From NCBI GenBank assembly GCA_039024555.1, contig JBCCQQ010000008.1, positions 1-64,000 of the forward strand: a stretch of DNA of 64,000 bases. The letters are read 5' to 3'. This DNA is from Cyanobacteria bacterium P01_D01_bin.156. GTDB taxonomy: Bacteria; Cyanobacteriota; Cyanobacteriia; Phormidesmidales; Phormidesmidaceae. Below, in pieces: positions 39,001 to 48,098 of the stretch (its first letter is position 1; every line of letters begins with the position of its first letter). Under the pieces are notes generated by a model. The model saw only the letters and a list, made by a program, of their open reading frames with translations, made no database searches and was not told where the DNA came from. The position numbers and the translations under genes were made by a program.

Positions 39001-40623
39001 GTGCTAAACTCCCTGCCCGGTGAATTTCGCACCAGAAGTGTTGCTGTATTAGCAACTAACGGACGATTTGTTGAAATTGGCAAAGGAGAAGGAATAGCAC
39101 CAGAACAAATTACCCAGATACGTCCTGACACCAAGCACTTTATCGTTGATTTAGCAGCTCTATGCCCTAAAGAACCCAAGCTAGTTCAGTCTATGCTCGG
39201 TCATGTGGTGGATCAAGTGAGGCAGGACGTTTGGACTCCTTTACCCGTAACAGAGTTTGCGCAAAGTGACATAATTGAAGCATTTCGGACTTTGCAACAA
39301 GCTAAACATGTGGGTAAAGTCATAGTTAAACAGTCTCAGCTTTCCTTCGCTAACTCAGATGAGAGCGTATTCCAGAACAATGCGACGTATCTAGTTACTG
39401 GCGGGTTAGGGGGGTTAGGGCTGACTACAGCCCAGTGGATAGCAGACTGTGGAGCTAGGCATATCGTTTTACTAAGCCGCCGCCAACCCAATGAAGAGGC
39501 CCAAAAGACGATTGCAGGATTAGAGAGCCAGGGCATTACAGTTACTGTCCTATCTGTTGACATCACAGATTATGGTGCTGTGAAGACTGCTTTGGCTGAG
39601 CTTAGTAGAGATACCAGATTTACAGGTGGACTAAAAGGAGTTATCCATGCAGCGGGCGTCTTGGATGACAGTCTAATGCAACAGATGGACTGGTCTCAAT
39701 TTAAAGAGGTACTGGCTCCCAAGGTTGCTGGAGCATGGCACTTGCACACCCTTACTCAAGAAAGTGATTTAGACTTTTTTGTGCTGTTCTCTTCTGCAGC
39801 GGCACTCCTAGGTTCTCCTGGTCAAGGAAATCATGCAGCAGCCAATAGCTTTCTAGATGGTTTAGCCCACTACCGACAACAGCTTGGTCTACCAGGATTA
39901 AGCATTAACTGGGGAGCTTGGTCCTCCATTGGCTCTGCCCTCAAGTATCAGCAGCAAGGAAATCTTAAGCATCTGTCTGGAGTAGATGTAATTACACCAG
40001 ATCAGGGGCTGGCTAAGTTGGAGACAATCTGGCAGACATCAGCGCCGCAGATTGGTGTTGTGCCCATTAACTGGTCAGAGTTTCTAATGCAGCCGTTGGT
40101 TAAAGATCTCCCACTGTTTGAGAATTGGCAACAAAATATAGCTCTTGTGCCATCTCAAAAATCAGTACATAAGACTTCTCAAACCTTCTTAAAGGAGTTT
40201 CAGAGCACGCCTCCTGAAAAACAACGCCAGCTGCTAGAAGTCTATGTATGTCAGCAAGTTTGCCAAACATTAGGTTTCAAACAAGAAGAACTAGATCAGC
40301 AAGCAGGATTCTTTGATCTGGGAATGGATTCTCTTACAGCTTTAGAACTAAAGAACAGTCTCCAAAGCAGTTTAGATGTTTCTCTACCAAGCACTCTAGT
40401 GTTTGATCATCCTAATGTTGCTGCCCTACTAGATTATTTAGTAGAGCAGCTAGTCGATGGTGAATCTGAAGTAAATGAATCTGAAGCAGTTGTTCGGGAG
40501 CAGAACCTGGAGCCAACTGCTACTGAAGCAGCAGCACTACCAACAGGGGATGAACTGGCTGCTCTGATGGATGAGAAGCTAGCGGATATTGAAAACCTGC
40601 TTGGGGAAGGGGGTGCATCATGA
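33034..40623 (+). CDS. Type I PKS module KS-AT-DH-cMT-ER-KR-ACP
   Basis: KS DTTCSSS/EAHGTGT/GHLE; AT GHSIG and HAFH (malonyl); DH HQVFQSILLP; MT LEIGAGTGG; ER HAATGGVG; KR TGGLGGLG/AGVLDD; ACP GMDSL. Confidence 0.95.
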   Translation: MIQSRWPAANNSSEGSFANYRDLLQEATVQLRKLRNRLDELEQRQAEPIAIVGMACRFPGGANTPEAYWDLLRNGVDAVGDVPKQRWDLDKYYDPDPATPGKMYTRSGSFIDAVDQFDPQFFGISPREAHSLDPQQRLLLEVSYNALENAGIPAFDQQGTATGVFVGLSFDDYAQRSVRSGNPEQIDAFSSLGNTRSIAAGRIAYVFGFQGPTMQLDTTCSSSLLAVHLACQSLRSGECNLALAGGVNLILSPEATIGFCKLQALSPDGRCKTFDAAADGYGRGEGCGVVILKRLEDAIANQDNILALVRGSAVNHDGVSNGLTAPNGSAQTAVIRQALLNAQLEPQQIQYVEAHGTGTSLGDPIELISLNQALEGRSEPLLVGSVKTNFGHLEAAAGMAGLMKVILSLQHHQIPPHLHLATPNPYIPWNRLAIEVPTQLTPWPKTTEPKRAGLSGFGMSGTNVHLLVEAAVQQDAEALAQILPTKSQRSLNILTLSAQTETALQELAKKYQTWLTETKSSLADVCFTTNTGRSHFKYRLAISAANGDHMVQQIHDALNVRFTADGRHFAQSRNSKVVFLFTGQGSQYVGMGQQLYQTEPVFQSAINQCAEILSKENVPLLEILYPNSNISTALLFSIHDTVYTQPALFSLEYALAKLWQSWGVEPDCVLGHSIGEYAAACIAGVLSLEDGLRLIAARGRLMQSLPAGGGMAAVMASQQQISGFLSDEVTVSAVNGPQNTVISGELGALDRLVAQLEAQGFKVKRLRVSHAFHSALMDPVLAEFKQIAQTISYGQPAIDIVSSVTGNLISTEMGKPSYWVNQIRQPVQFAPAMASVDAEDGGVFIEIGPRPTLVSMGQICIANLEALWLPSLAPAKEPGSLENTDWKTLTSSLCKLYEAGYSIDWASFDKAYPRKTVLLPSYPFQRKRYWLDSVPSSGVSKLVSFPGTKEYHPLLGQQLSLAGNTAQYYEANLSSDTPLNWKDHQVFQSILLPAAAYLEMALATGQDIFKESGYEITDVRLLKGLWLNEDQSTHLQTLVTKEDSVRYQFEIHSNQTNEWVKHSSGELMLSTTRSTLDVVDAEEIKSKLTSALSHEQFYQLYSERGIDYGPSFQAVQQAWLGDGEALAQIDRRILSKGPSFQMHPVLLDAGLQVAGATLQETSSAYLPISVERFRCFQSANVVAVYAKRRTASQAIIDVTWVDSEHQVVAVLNGLMLQAIELPNSSTQWLHQVVWQHQPLPKTPGDFLVTPGNMKDAIAPQFTQLVQASDFLTYQDLQTELNRLALAYIVQALSRMGWPPSQKESFSSVDLEQRLGVVSEHRQLFERCLGLLQEASILTKANGQWQFTGELPGENLEELAQFLQKQPLLGSEIVLLERCGENLAAVLQGQIDPLELLFPKGDLTTLTQLYQSSVGAQVMNQLVQITIAGTIAHAPRPLRILEIGAGTGGTTAELLPLLANLGQSLNYVFTDISPRFTAAAEERFREFPFVDYALLDIEKSPEEQGFAADFDLVIAANVLHATADIQQTLHHVNTLLAPGGQLVLLEGTAPVGWIDLIFGLTPGWWKFTDLDLRPNHPLLSVNQWQGALQSVGFEEVTALEPNNDTPLTQSVVTAQKISVKHRHWLITGSQPAVKDLVSSLNNEEQTAEVCDLDALNKIFNQRANCNGLLYVLPEATAKTVVSTTERICQQLLSLVQLLSQLSQPPRLYIASTDSSLESQLAHAPLWGMVQTLQVEHPVLRCTRIQADNVETLTTELLADSAETQIIAGVRARQVARLEPFNSDESPTQLVSTQPGTLTSLDWQSMTLPEPGTDEVVIQVQATGLNFRDVLIAMDQYPENAPLGCECVGTVTKVGSKVGHLKAGQTVMAIADRSFAHEVVVHQNLVAPIPENVTPIEAATLPVAFTTAYYSLCHLANLQPGERVLIHAATGGVGQAAVQIAQSIGAEIFATASPGKWDALRELGITHIMNSRTLDFANDIMSATGGRGVDVVLNSLPGEFRTRSVAVLATNGRFVEIGKGEGIAPEQITQIRPDTKHFIVDLAALCPKEPKLVQSMLGHVVDQVRQDVWTPLPVTEFAQSDIIEAFRTLQQAKHVGKVIVKQSQLSFANSDESVFQNNATYLVTGGLGGLGLTTAQWIADCGARHIVLLSRRQPNEEAQKTIAGLESQGITVTVLSVDITDYGAVKTALAELSRDTRFTGGLKGVIHAAGVLDDSLMQQMDWSQFKEVLAPKVAGAWHLHTLTQESDLDFFVLFSSAAALLGSPGQGNHAAANSFLDGLAHYRQQLGLPGLSINWGAWSSIGSALKYQQQGNLKHLSGVDVITPDQGLAKLETIWQTSAPQIGVVPINWSEFLMQPLVKDLPLFENWQQNIALVPSQKSVHKTSQTFLKEFQSTPPEKQRQLLEVYVCQQVCQTLGFKQEELDQQAGFFDLGMDSLTALELKNSLQSSLDVSLPSTLVFDHPNVAALLDYLVEQLVDGESEVNESEAVVREQNLEPTATEAAALPTGDELAALMDEKLADIENLLGEGGAS

Positions 40624-43600
40624 GCAATCCGTCTTCCATAAGTGCCAATGAAAAACGCATGGCCCGCGCATTGCAGGTCATCGAGAAGCTCCAGGCTAGG
40701 CTAGCTACCCACACCGAACCCATTGCCATTGTGGGAATGGGCTGTCGGTTCCCAGGAAACGCCAATGATCCGCAGACATTCTGGCAGCTGCTAGCCGACA
40801 GGACAGATGCCATTAGTCAGGTACCTGACGACCGCTGGGATGCGGATACGTTTTATGATACTGACCCAGACGCTCCCGGCAAAATTGTTACTCGTAATGG
40901 TGGTTTCATTGACCACTTAAAGGATTTTGATGCTACATTTTTTGGCATCTCTCCTCGGGAAGCTGTCAGCATGGACCCGCAACAGCGGCTGTTGCTGGAA
41001 GTAAGCTGGGAGGCGATGGAACAGGGTGGCATGGTGCCTGAACAATGGATTAGTAAGCCGGTGGGCGTCTTTGTTGGTATTAGCAGCCACGACTATTCAC
41101 AACATTTATCGGGTCGTGATGAAACAGAAATTGATGCCTACCTGGCTACGGGCAATGCCCATAGCGTTGCCGCTGGCAGACTGTCCTACAGTCTAGGCTT
41201 TACCGGTCCTAGTTTAGTGGTGGATACAGCTTGTTCATCGTCGTTAGTGGCGGTACATTTAGCCTGCCAGAGTCTGCGTAATCAGGAGTGCAAGATCGCA
41301 CTGGCGGGTGGTGTGAATCGCATTTTGGCACCAGAGTTTAGTATTAATTTCTCTAAGGCCCATATGCTTGCTCCGGACGGCCGCTGTAAGGCGTTTTCTG
41401 CGGCTGCCGATGGGTTTTCCCGGGGAGAAGGCTGCGGCGTTGTTGTGCTTAAACGGTTATCTGATGCGTTGGCTCAGGGCGACAACGTCTTAGCCGTAGT
41501 GCGCGGTTCCGCAGTCAATCAAGATGGGCGCAGTAGTGGTTTGACTGTGCCTAATGGTCCTTCCCAACAGTCTGTGATTCGTCAGGCCCTAAACAATGCT
41601 GGGGTACACCCAGAACAAATTAGCTACATTGAAGCTCACGGCACCGGAACATCCCTGGGTGATCCCATAGAAATGGGGGCTCTGGGGGCTGTTTTTGGTC
41701 AGAGCCATTCACCCCAGAATCCTCTTTATGTTGGGTCAGTCAAGACAAACATTGGCCATCTGGAGGCCGCTGCAGGTATTGCAGGTTTAATTAAAGTAGT
41801 ACTGGCAATGCAGCATAAGACGTTGCCAGCACACTTACATTTCCAACAGCCCAGTCCCCACATTGACTGGAAAAATTTGCCCGTCACAATCACAGCTGAC
41901 GGCATACCTTGGAATAACGGGAAAGAGAAAAATCGATTTGCTGGCATTAGTTCCTTTGGGTTTAGTGGAACCAACGCCCACGTTATTGTTGAGTCGGTGG
42001 AGCAACCTGAATCCAGAGCTGCTAAAGCTAACTCTGCTCAAGGCCCCTATTTGTTAGCCCTCTCTGCAAAGTCTCCAAATGCATTGAAGGAATTAGCCAG
42101 TCGCTACGGCAAGAAACTGGCTGAGGCAGATCTTCGTGATCTATGCTGGAGTGCTTGGGCGTTGCGATCGCACCATCCCCATCGTCTCACCCTCGTCGCC
42201 GATTCTTCGGAAGAGGCCCAAACCCAGCTCAACACGTTTATTGCCGGACAACCCTCCCGGGTCAATACTGGTAAAGCCTCACAGCGAGCTCCAAAAATAG
42301 CTTTTCTCTTCACTGGTCAGGGCTCCCAGTACATCAACATGGGTCGCCAGCTCTATGAAACCGAACCTGTTTTTAGAGACACTATTGACCACTGTGCCAA
42401 GATTCTGAAAAAAGAAGGGATTAATTTACTGGAGCTGCTTTATCCGGAGCAAGGGAGCAGGGATAACGTCGGAAGTCGGAAGTCGGAAGTCGGAAGTGCT
42501 CTTCAACAAACTGTAAACACTCAACCCGCTCTCTTCGCCCTCGCCTACGCCCTGACTGAACTCTGGAAGTCCTGGGGTATCACTCCCGACGGAGTCCTGG
42601 GCCACAGCATCGGTGAATATGCCGCTGCTTGTACAGCTGGAGTGATGGATTGGGATATGGGCTTAAAGCTGATTGCAACACGCGGTCGGTTGATGCAGGA
42701 CCTCCCTGAAGGTGGAGGGATGGCGGCTGTTATGGCCTCGCCTGAGAAAATTAATGGGTACTTAGCGCACGGCATTACCGTTGCAGCGGAAAATGGCCCC
42801 AACAGCACAGTACTTTCCGGCCCGCTCGCAGAGCTCAAAAATATTTTAGATAGCTTAGAAAAACGAGGTATTCAAACAAAACTTCTACGAGTCTCCCACG
42901 GGTTCCATTCTGCATTGATGGCCCCGATGCTCCAAGACTTTGCCAGTGTTGCCCATAGTGTTGCTTACCAGCAGCCCCAAATTGAAATGGTGTCTACGGT
43001 AACCGGGGAGGCAATTACTGAGTCCATTACGGCTGACTACTGGGTAGGCCATATTCAACAACCGGTAAAGTTTTACCCAGCCATAGAGCGGGTGACAGAT
43101 TACGACATTCTGATTGAAATTGGGCCAAAACCAACATTAATTTCCCTGGGTCGAGACTGTTTATCAGATTGGTCAGGGCAGTGGCTACCTAGTTTACGTC
43201 CAAGTCGAGATGGTCAGGTATCGGAACGTCAGACAATGTTGACTAGCCTGGGACAGTTACATGTAGCGGGCGTTAAAATTCAGTGGCCCGCTGCCCCAAG
43301 CAATCGTGTGGCTTTGCCCACCTATCCATTCCAACGCCAGCAGTATTGGATCGATGTCGCCGCAAGACAAGTAAAACAGCATCGGGGACAAAATCCCCTG
43401 TTGGGTGAACGACTCAGGTTAGCCCGCACTAAGTCGGTGTTCTTTGAAAACGAAATCAGTGTTGTGTCAATACCCTTTTTGGCAGAGCATCAGGTATTTG
43501 AGACGACAGTATTCCCGGCGGTAGGCTATTTAGAGATGGCCATGGCGGCTGGGAAAGCCTCTGGCACCGGCCTACGGGCGGTGACGTTTCAGCAGGCATT

Positions 43601-46600
43601 GCTGCTGGACCAGCCTCAGACGGTACAGCTGATTCTCTCTTCTGGGAAGGATGGTCAGACCTTTGAAATTCTCAGCCTGTCCCAAGCGGATAAATGGGTA
43701 CTCCACGCCACCGGACACATTGCCCACTCTGTTGTGAAGCAAGCACCTGTGCCCTTAGCAGAACTGCAGGCTAGCTGCACTGAAGAAATTGCCGTTGCCG
43801 ACTGCTATGACCGTTTAGCGGCCCAGGGGGTTACCTACGATGAAAACTTTCGGGCGCTACAACAGATCTGGCTCGGAGAAAATCAGGCCCTGAGCCGTTT
43901 GCAACTACCCCAAGGGATATTATCTACCCTGGGTGACTATGGTCTGCATCCAGTTTTAATGGATGCCTGTTTGCAAAGCATTGCGGCTATCTTTTTAGAC
44001 CACCCCACAGCCACCTATCTACCTGCTGCTGTGGAGCATGTGGCCATTGAGGAGATTACCACTGCTGACCTGTGGAGTCATATTCAAGTCAAAGCAGGAG
44101 ATAACTATCTTCTGGCCGATATTCATCTGTGGTCAGCAACAGGAGAGTATCTCGGCAGCTTAAGCGATTTGCGACTACAGCCCGCCAGCGTTGACCGGGT
44201 ATTGACGGCCGCAGAGTCTTTAGAGGACTGGTTCTACACCCTAGATTGGCAGCTTGAACCAATGGCCCAACTGACCTTGACTGGCGAAGTATCAAAGCGG
44301 ATTGCCCCCAGATTTACCCAAGCGTTGGCTCAGCCTGACATTATCTCTTACCAAGCGCTGCTACCCCAGCTAGGGCAATTAAGTTTAGGTTATGTGCAAC
44401 GGGCATTTACAGCCCTCCATGGCGACAATCATTTGCCAATGGACGGCGCTAAGCTAATAGAGCAATGGCAAATTGTACCCAGCCAACAGCGGCTATTTCT
44501 GCATCTGTGGACTCTGATTTCTCAAGGGTCAGAGGACTGGCAGAATGCACAGGCAACGACACTACTTAGCCGACAGGCCAGGGCTGAACTGACGCTGATC
44601 CAGCGCTGTGGAGAGAATTTAGCTGATGTTTTACAGGGCAAGATTGATCCGCTAACGCTGCTCTTCCCCGAAGGTGATTTAACGGACCTGACCCAGCTGT
44701 ATCAGTCGTCGCCAGGGGCACGGCTAATGAACGATTTGGTGAAGCAGGCTGTTGGCAGTGCAATCGCACCTCTAGCTCGGCCCCCCCGCATCCTAGAAAT
44801 CGGTGGCGGCACCGGCGGGACTACGGCTCATCTGCTACCCGAGTTGACTAAGGCAGACTACACCTTTACCGATATCTCTCCTCTGTTTATCGCCAAAGCA
44901 AAAGAACGCTTTGCTGACTTCGACAATGTTGCTTACCAGACGCTAGATATTGAGAAGTCTCCTATCGCTCAAGGATTCGAGTCCGACGCCTATGATTTGG
45001 TGATTGCATCTAATGTGCTCCACGCCACAGCAGATTTAGACCAGGCATTAACACATGTGCGATCGCTGTTATCCCCTGGGGGTCAGCTCGTGCTGCTAGA
45101 AGGTACTCAGCCCCTAGTATGGCTAGATCTTATTTTTGGCATGACCGAGGGCTGGTGGAAACGACCTGGTTATCCTCTACTTTCTGTTGCGCAATGGCAA
45201 ACTCAGCTACGAGCTGCAGGATTCACTGATTTGGTGTCTTTAGCACCGGAGTCATCACCCTCAACGCCCTTAGCTCAATCGGTTATTTTGGCCGCATCGC
45301 CCAAGGAAACTAGAGATTCTCTGATACTGGCGTCCCCCAATACTCCCCTAGCGACTCCCCTGGCAACCAAGCTAAACAGCCGTTTGGTTTACTTAGACCC
45401 TGAGAAGAAATCAGCGGACGCCATTAATCCATTACTGCCTGGGGAATTTGTGGCGTTACTAAACCAAAACCCTCAGCCTCAGCAAATCATTTATCTTGTG
45501 GGCACACCTGAGGAGTCTCTGGAGCAATATACACAACGAACATTGAGTGGCTTGCTCAATCTTGTACAGGCATTGGCCCGCACTGCAAACACTCAGCTTG
45601 TGATAGTTACCCAGGGCATGGCTGATGGCACCTATAATCCTGCCCAAGCTTTGGCCTGGGGAATGGGACGAGTAATTGAGCTAGAGTACCCCAGCTTACA
45701 CTGCTGCCGAATTGATCTTGAGCCGTCAATGTCAGTGGATAAACAGATTGAAACACTGGGTTACGAGCTATCCCAGAAAAGTGCTTCAGCCGCCATCCTA
45801 TATCGACAGGGGCAGCGTCGGGTAGCGCGTCTTATTTCAGAAAAGAACTCCGGTTTAGAGATACCTGAAAGTTTCTTTAAGTTAGCCCTTCCAAGTAAGG
45901 GATCTCCTGACGATTTACAGCTGATCTCTTTGGCTCGGCAACAGCCTGGCCCCGGTGAGGTGGAGATTCAAGTGCAGGCTGCTGGCCTAAACTTTATCGA
46001 TGTATTGGATTCTCTGGCCCTGCTTCCCTTTGAGCGAGACTGGCTAGGCGTAGAATGTGCTGGCACCGTTGTTGCCCTTGGAGAAAACGTGTCAGAGTTT
46101 CAAGTGGGCGACGCGGTTATGGCGCTTGCCCCTGGCAGTTTTCAGCAATATGTAACGGTAACAGCAGACCTGGTGGGGCATCGGCCTAAGGGCCTTAATG
46201 CGGCGGAAGCTGCCACTATTCCGGCCAACTTTTTGACCGCCGACTACGCTCTACGACAAATTGCCAAACTTCAACCTGGGGAAAAGGTTTTAATCCATGC
46301 GGCGGCTGGGGGCACTGGCATGGCTGCCGTGAAGGTTGCCCAGCAGATGGGTGCTGAAGTGTACGCCACAGCCAGCCCTAGTAAATGGGACGCCCTGCGA
46401 GCCCAGGGGATTACCCACATTATGAACTCTCGTACCCTGGATTTTGCCGATGAGATTATGGCGAAAACCAACGGCCAGGGCGTAAACATTGTCCTCAATT
46501 CTCTCTCGGGTGAATTCATCCCTAAGGGACTGTCGGTATTGGCACCCCAGGGAAGATTTTTAGAAATTGGTAAGCGCGATATCTGGACACTTGAAGACGT

Positions 46601-48083
46601 TGCCCAAACCAGGCCAGATGTTGCTTATCACGCCATTGACCTGATGTCGGTTGGGCGTCATCAACCGAACCAGATTCAATCAATGTTGCAAGCTTTAAAG
46701 CAGCTGTTTGAATCTGAGCAAATCACCATCATTCCTCATCAGGTCTTTCCTATTACTGAGGCACCCCAAGCATTTCGCCATATGCAACAGGCTCAGCACA
46801 TTGGCAAAATCGTGCTGGACTTTGTCCAAACCAAACCTCCTGCTATTCAAGCAGAGGCTACTTATCTAATTACGGGTGGCCTGGGTGGCTTAGGTATAGA
46901 AACCGCCAATTGGCTAGTAGAACAAGGAGCCCGTCATTTAGCTCTGCTCAGCCGTCGTTCTGTTTCTTCAGTAGATGCTATTCCTGAGCTAAAACAGCTG
47001 CAACAGCAAGGGGTGAAGATTCTGCTACTGCAGACAGATGTGGCGGTGAGTTCGCAACTACAAAACGCCCTACAGCAAATCGAAAAATCCCTGCCTCCCC
47101 TTAAGGGCGTAATCCATGCAGCAGGCGTACTGGAGGATGGTGTACTGCAGCAGCTGACCTGGGAAAAGATACAGTCCGTGCTAGCACCTAAAGTCTGGGG
47201 AGCCTGGAACCTGCATGAGTTAACAAAAGATTATTCTTTAGATTTGTTCGTGCTGTATTCGTCAGCCGCATCCCTTTTAGGTTCCCCCGGCCAGGGTGCC
47301 CATGTGGCTGCCAACAGTTTCCTGGATGCCCTGGCACACCATCGTCGCCACTGCGAAATGCCAGCCTTAAGTATCAACTGGGGTCCTTGGTCTGATGTCG
47401 GGTCAGCAGCGACAGATGCAATCCGCCAACAGATGCAATCTAGAGGAGTGGGCACCATCTCACCCCAGGCAGGGAAACAGGCACTTTCCAAGCTGCTGTT
47501 CAACCACAGTTCTCCCCAGGTTGGCGTTATCCCCATTGAATGGGGCCAGTTCCAGTATCAGGGCATTGGCCAAGATCCGTTCTTTGACAACTTTACTCAA
47601 GCGATATCCGTCAAGTCTCGTCCAGACACCGGCCAAACCCAGTCCACCGCTGATTGGTTTAAGGAGCTAGGCCAGCGACCCCAGCGGCAGCACATTGGAT
47701 TCTTGATCCAGGCCTTGCAAACCGAGGTTGCCAGGGTGTTGGGTCTGGGCCAACTGCCTGACACAACTACCAGCTTTTTTGACATGGGCATGGATTCTCT
47801 CATGGCAGTGGAACTTAAGAACCAGCTGGATAAGAACTTGGGCACCCCGGTGCCATCCACAATTATTTTTGAATTTCCCACTATTCGCACCCTGGCCACC
47901 CATCTGGTCGAAATGTTTAGCCAGTCCGACCAGCTTACTGATACTCGCTCTAGTCCGACAGGAGATCCTAAACCCAAGGCTCCTCCCGACGATCCCCCGC
48001 CTGATTTAGATATCACTTCAGAAGTCTCCTCCGACATTGAAGAAGAGCTAGCTGCCCTCGAAACTCTATTAGACCGGTCCTGA
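40620..48083 (+). CDS. Type I PKS module KS-AT-DH-cMT-ER-KR-ACP
   Basis: KS DTACSSS; AT GHSIG and HGFH; DH HQVFETTVFP; MT LEIGGGTGG; ER HAAAGGTG; KR TGGLGGLG; ACP GMDSL. ATGA overlap with the upstream gene. Confidence 0.95.
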   Translation: MSNPSSISANEKRMARALQVIEKLQARLATHTEPIAIVGMGCRFPGNANDPQTFWQLLADRTDAISQVPDDRWDADTFYDTDPDAPGKIVTRNGGFIDHLKDFDATFFGISPREAVSMDPQQRLLLEVSWEAMEQGGMVPEQWISKPVGVFVGISSHDYSQHLSGRDETEIDAYLATGNAHSVAAGRLSYSLGFTGPSLVVDTACSSSLVAVHLACQSLRNQECKIALAGGVNRILAPEFSINFSKAHMLAPDGRCKAFSAAADGFSRGEGCGVVVLKRLSDALAQGDNVLAVVRGSAVNQDGRSSGLTVPNGPSQQSVIRQALNNAGVHPEQISYIEAHGTGTSLGDPIEMGALGAVFGQSHSPQNPLYVGSVKTNIGHLEAAAGIAGLIKVVLAMQHKTLPAHLHFQQPSPHIDWKNLPVTITADGIPWNNGKEKNRFAGISSFGFSGTNAHVIVESVEQPESRAAKANSAQGPYLLALSAKSPNALKELASRYGKKLAEADLRDLCWSAWALRSHHPHRLTLVADSSEEAQTQLNTFIAGQPSRVNTGKASQRAPKIAFLFTGQGSQYINMGRQLYETEPVFRDTIDHCAKILKKEGINLLELLYPEQGSRDNVGSRKSEVGSALQQTVNTQPALFALAYALTELWKSWGITPDGVLGHSIGEYAAACTAGVMDWDMGLKLIATRGRLMQDLPEGGGMAAVMASPEKINGYLAHGITVAAENGPNSTVLSGPLAELKNILDSLEKRGIQTKLLRVSHGFHSALMAPMLQDFASVAHSVAYQQPQIEMVSTVTGEAITESITADYWVGHIQQPVKFYPAIERVTDYDILIEIGPKPTLISLGRDCLSDWSGQWLPSLRPSRDGQVSERQTMLTSLGQLHVAGVKIQWPAAPSNRVALPTYPFQRQQYWIDVAARQVKQHRGQNPLLGERLRLARTKSVFFENEISVVSIPFLAEHQVFETTVFPAVGYLEMAMAAGKASGTGLRAVTFQQALLLDQPQTVQLILSSGKDGQTFEILSLSQADKWVLHATGHIAHSVVKQAPVPLAELQASCTEEIAVADCYDRLAAQGVTYDENFRALQQIWLGENQALSRLQLPQGILSTLGDYGLHPVLMDACLQSIAAIFLDHPTATYLPAAVEHVAIEEITTADLWSHIQVKAGDNYLLADIHLWSATGEYLGSLSDLRLQPASVDRVLTAAESLEDWFYTLDWQLEPMAQLTLTGEVSKRIAPRFTQALAQPDIISYQALLPQLGQLSLGYVQRAFTALHGDNHLPMDGAKLIEQWQIVPSQQRLFLHLWTLISQGSEDWQNAQATTLLSRQARAELTLIQRCGENLADVLQGKIDPLTLLFPEGDLTDLTQLYQSSPGARLMNDLVKQAVGSAIAPLARPPRILEIGGGTGGTTAHLLPELTKADYTFTDISPLFIAKAKERFADFDNVAYQTLDIEKSPIAQGFESDAYDLVIASNVLHATADLDQALTHVRSLLSPGGQLVLLEGTQPLVWLDLIFGMTEGWWKRPGYPLLSVAQWQTQLRAAGFTDLVSLAPESSPSTPLAQSVILAASPKETRDSLILASPNTPLATPLATKLNSRLVYLDPEKKSADAINPLLPGEFVALLNQNPQPQQIIYLVGTPEESLEQYTQRTLSGLLNLVQALARTANTQLVIVTQGMADGTYNPAQALAWGMGRVIELEYPSLHCCRIDLEPSMSVDKQIETLGYELSQKSASAAILYRQGQRRVARLISEKNSGLEIPESFFKLALPSKGSPDDLQLISLARQQPGPGEVEIQVQAAGLNFIDVLDSLALLPFERDWLGVECAGTVVALGENVSEFQVGDAVMALAPGSFQQYVTVTADLVGHRPKGLNAAEAATIPANFLTADYALRQIAKLQPGEKVLIHAAAGGTGMAAVKVAQQMGAEVYATASPSKWDALRAQGITHIMNSRTLDFADEIMAKTNGQGVNIVLNSLSGEFIPKGLSVLAPQGRFLEIGKRDIWTLEDVAQTRPDVAYHAIDLMSVGRHQPNQIQSMLQALKQLFESEQITIIPHQVFPITEAPQAFRHMQQAQHIGKIVLDFVQTKPPAIQAEATYLITGGLGGLGIETANWLVEQGARHLALLSRRSVSSVDAIPELKQLQQQGVKILLLQTDVAVSSQLQNALQQIEKSLPPLKGVIHAAGVLEDGVLQQLTWEKIQSVLAPKVWGAWNLHELTKDYSLDLFVLYSSAASLLGSPGQGAHVAANSFLDALAHHRRHCEMPALSINWGPWSDVGSAATDAIRQQMQSRGVGTISPQAGKQALSKLLFNHSSPQVGVIPIEWGQFQYQGIGQDPFFDNFTQAISVKSRPDTGQTQSTADWFKELGQRPQRQHIGFLIQALQTEVARVLGLGQLPDTTTSFFDMGMDSLMAVELKNQLDKNLGTPVPSTIIFEFPTIRTLATHLVEMFSQSDQLTDTRSSPTGDPKPKAPPDDPPPDLDITSEVSSDIEEELAALETLLDRS
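42468..42497 (+). repeat. Heptamer tandem repeat (GTCGGAA)x4 inside the PKS AT domain
   Basis: GTCGGAA GTCGGAA GTCGGAA GTCGGAA GT, encoding VGSRKSEVGS; resembles cyanobacterial short tandem heptamer repeats. Confidence 0.9.
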
Positions 48084-48098
48084 TTCTGCCCCACTGTT

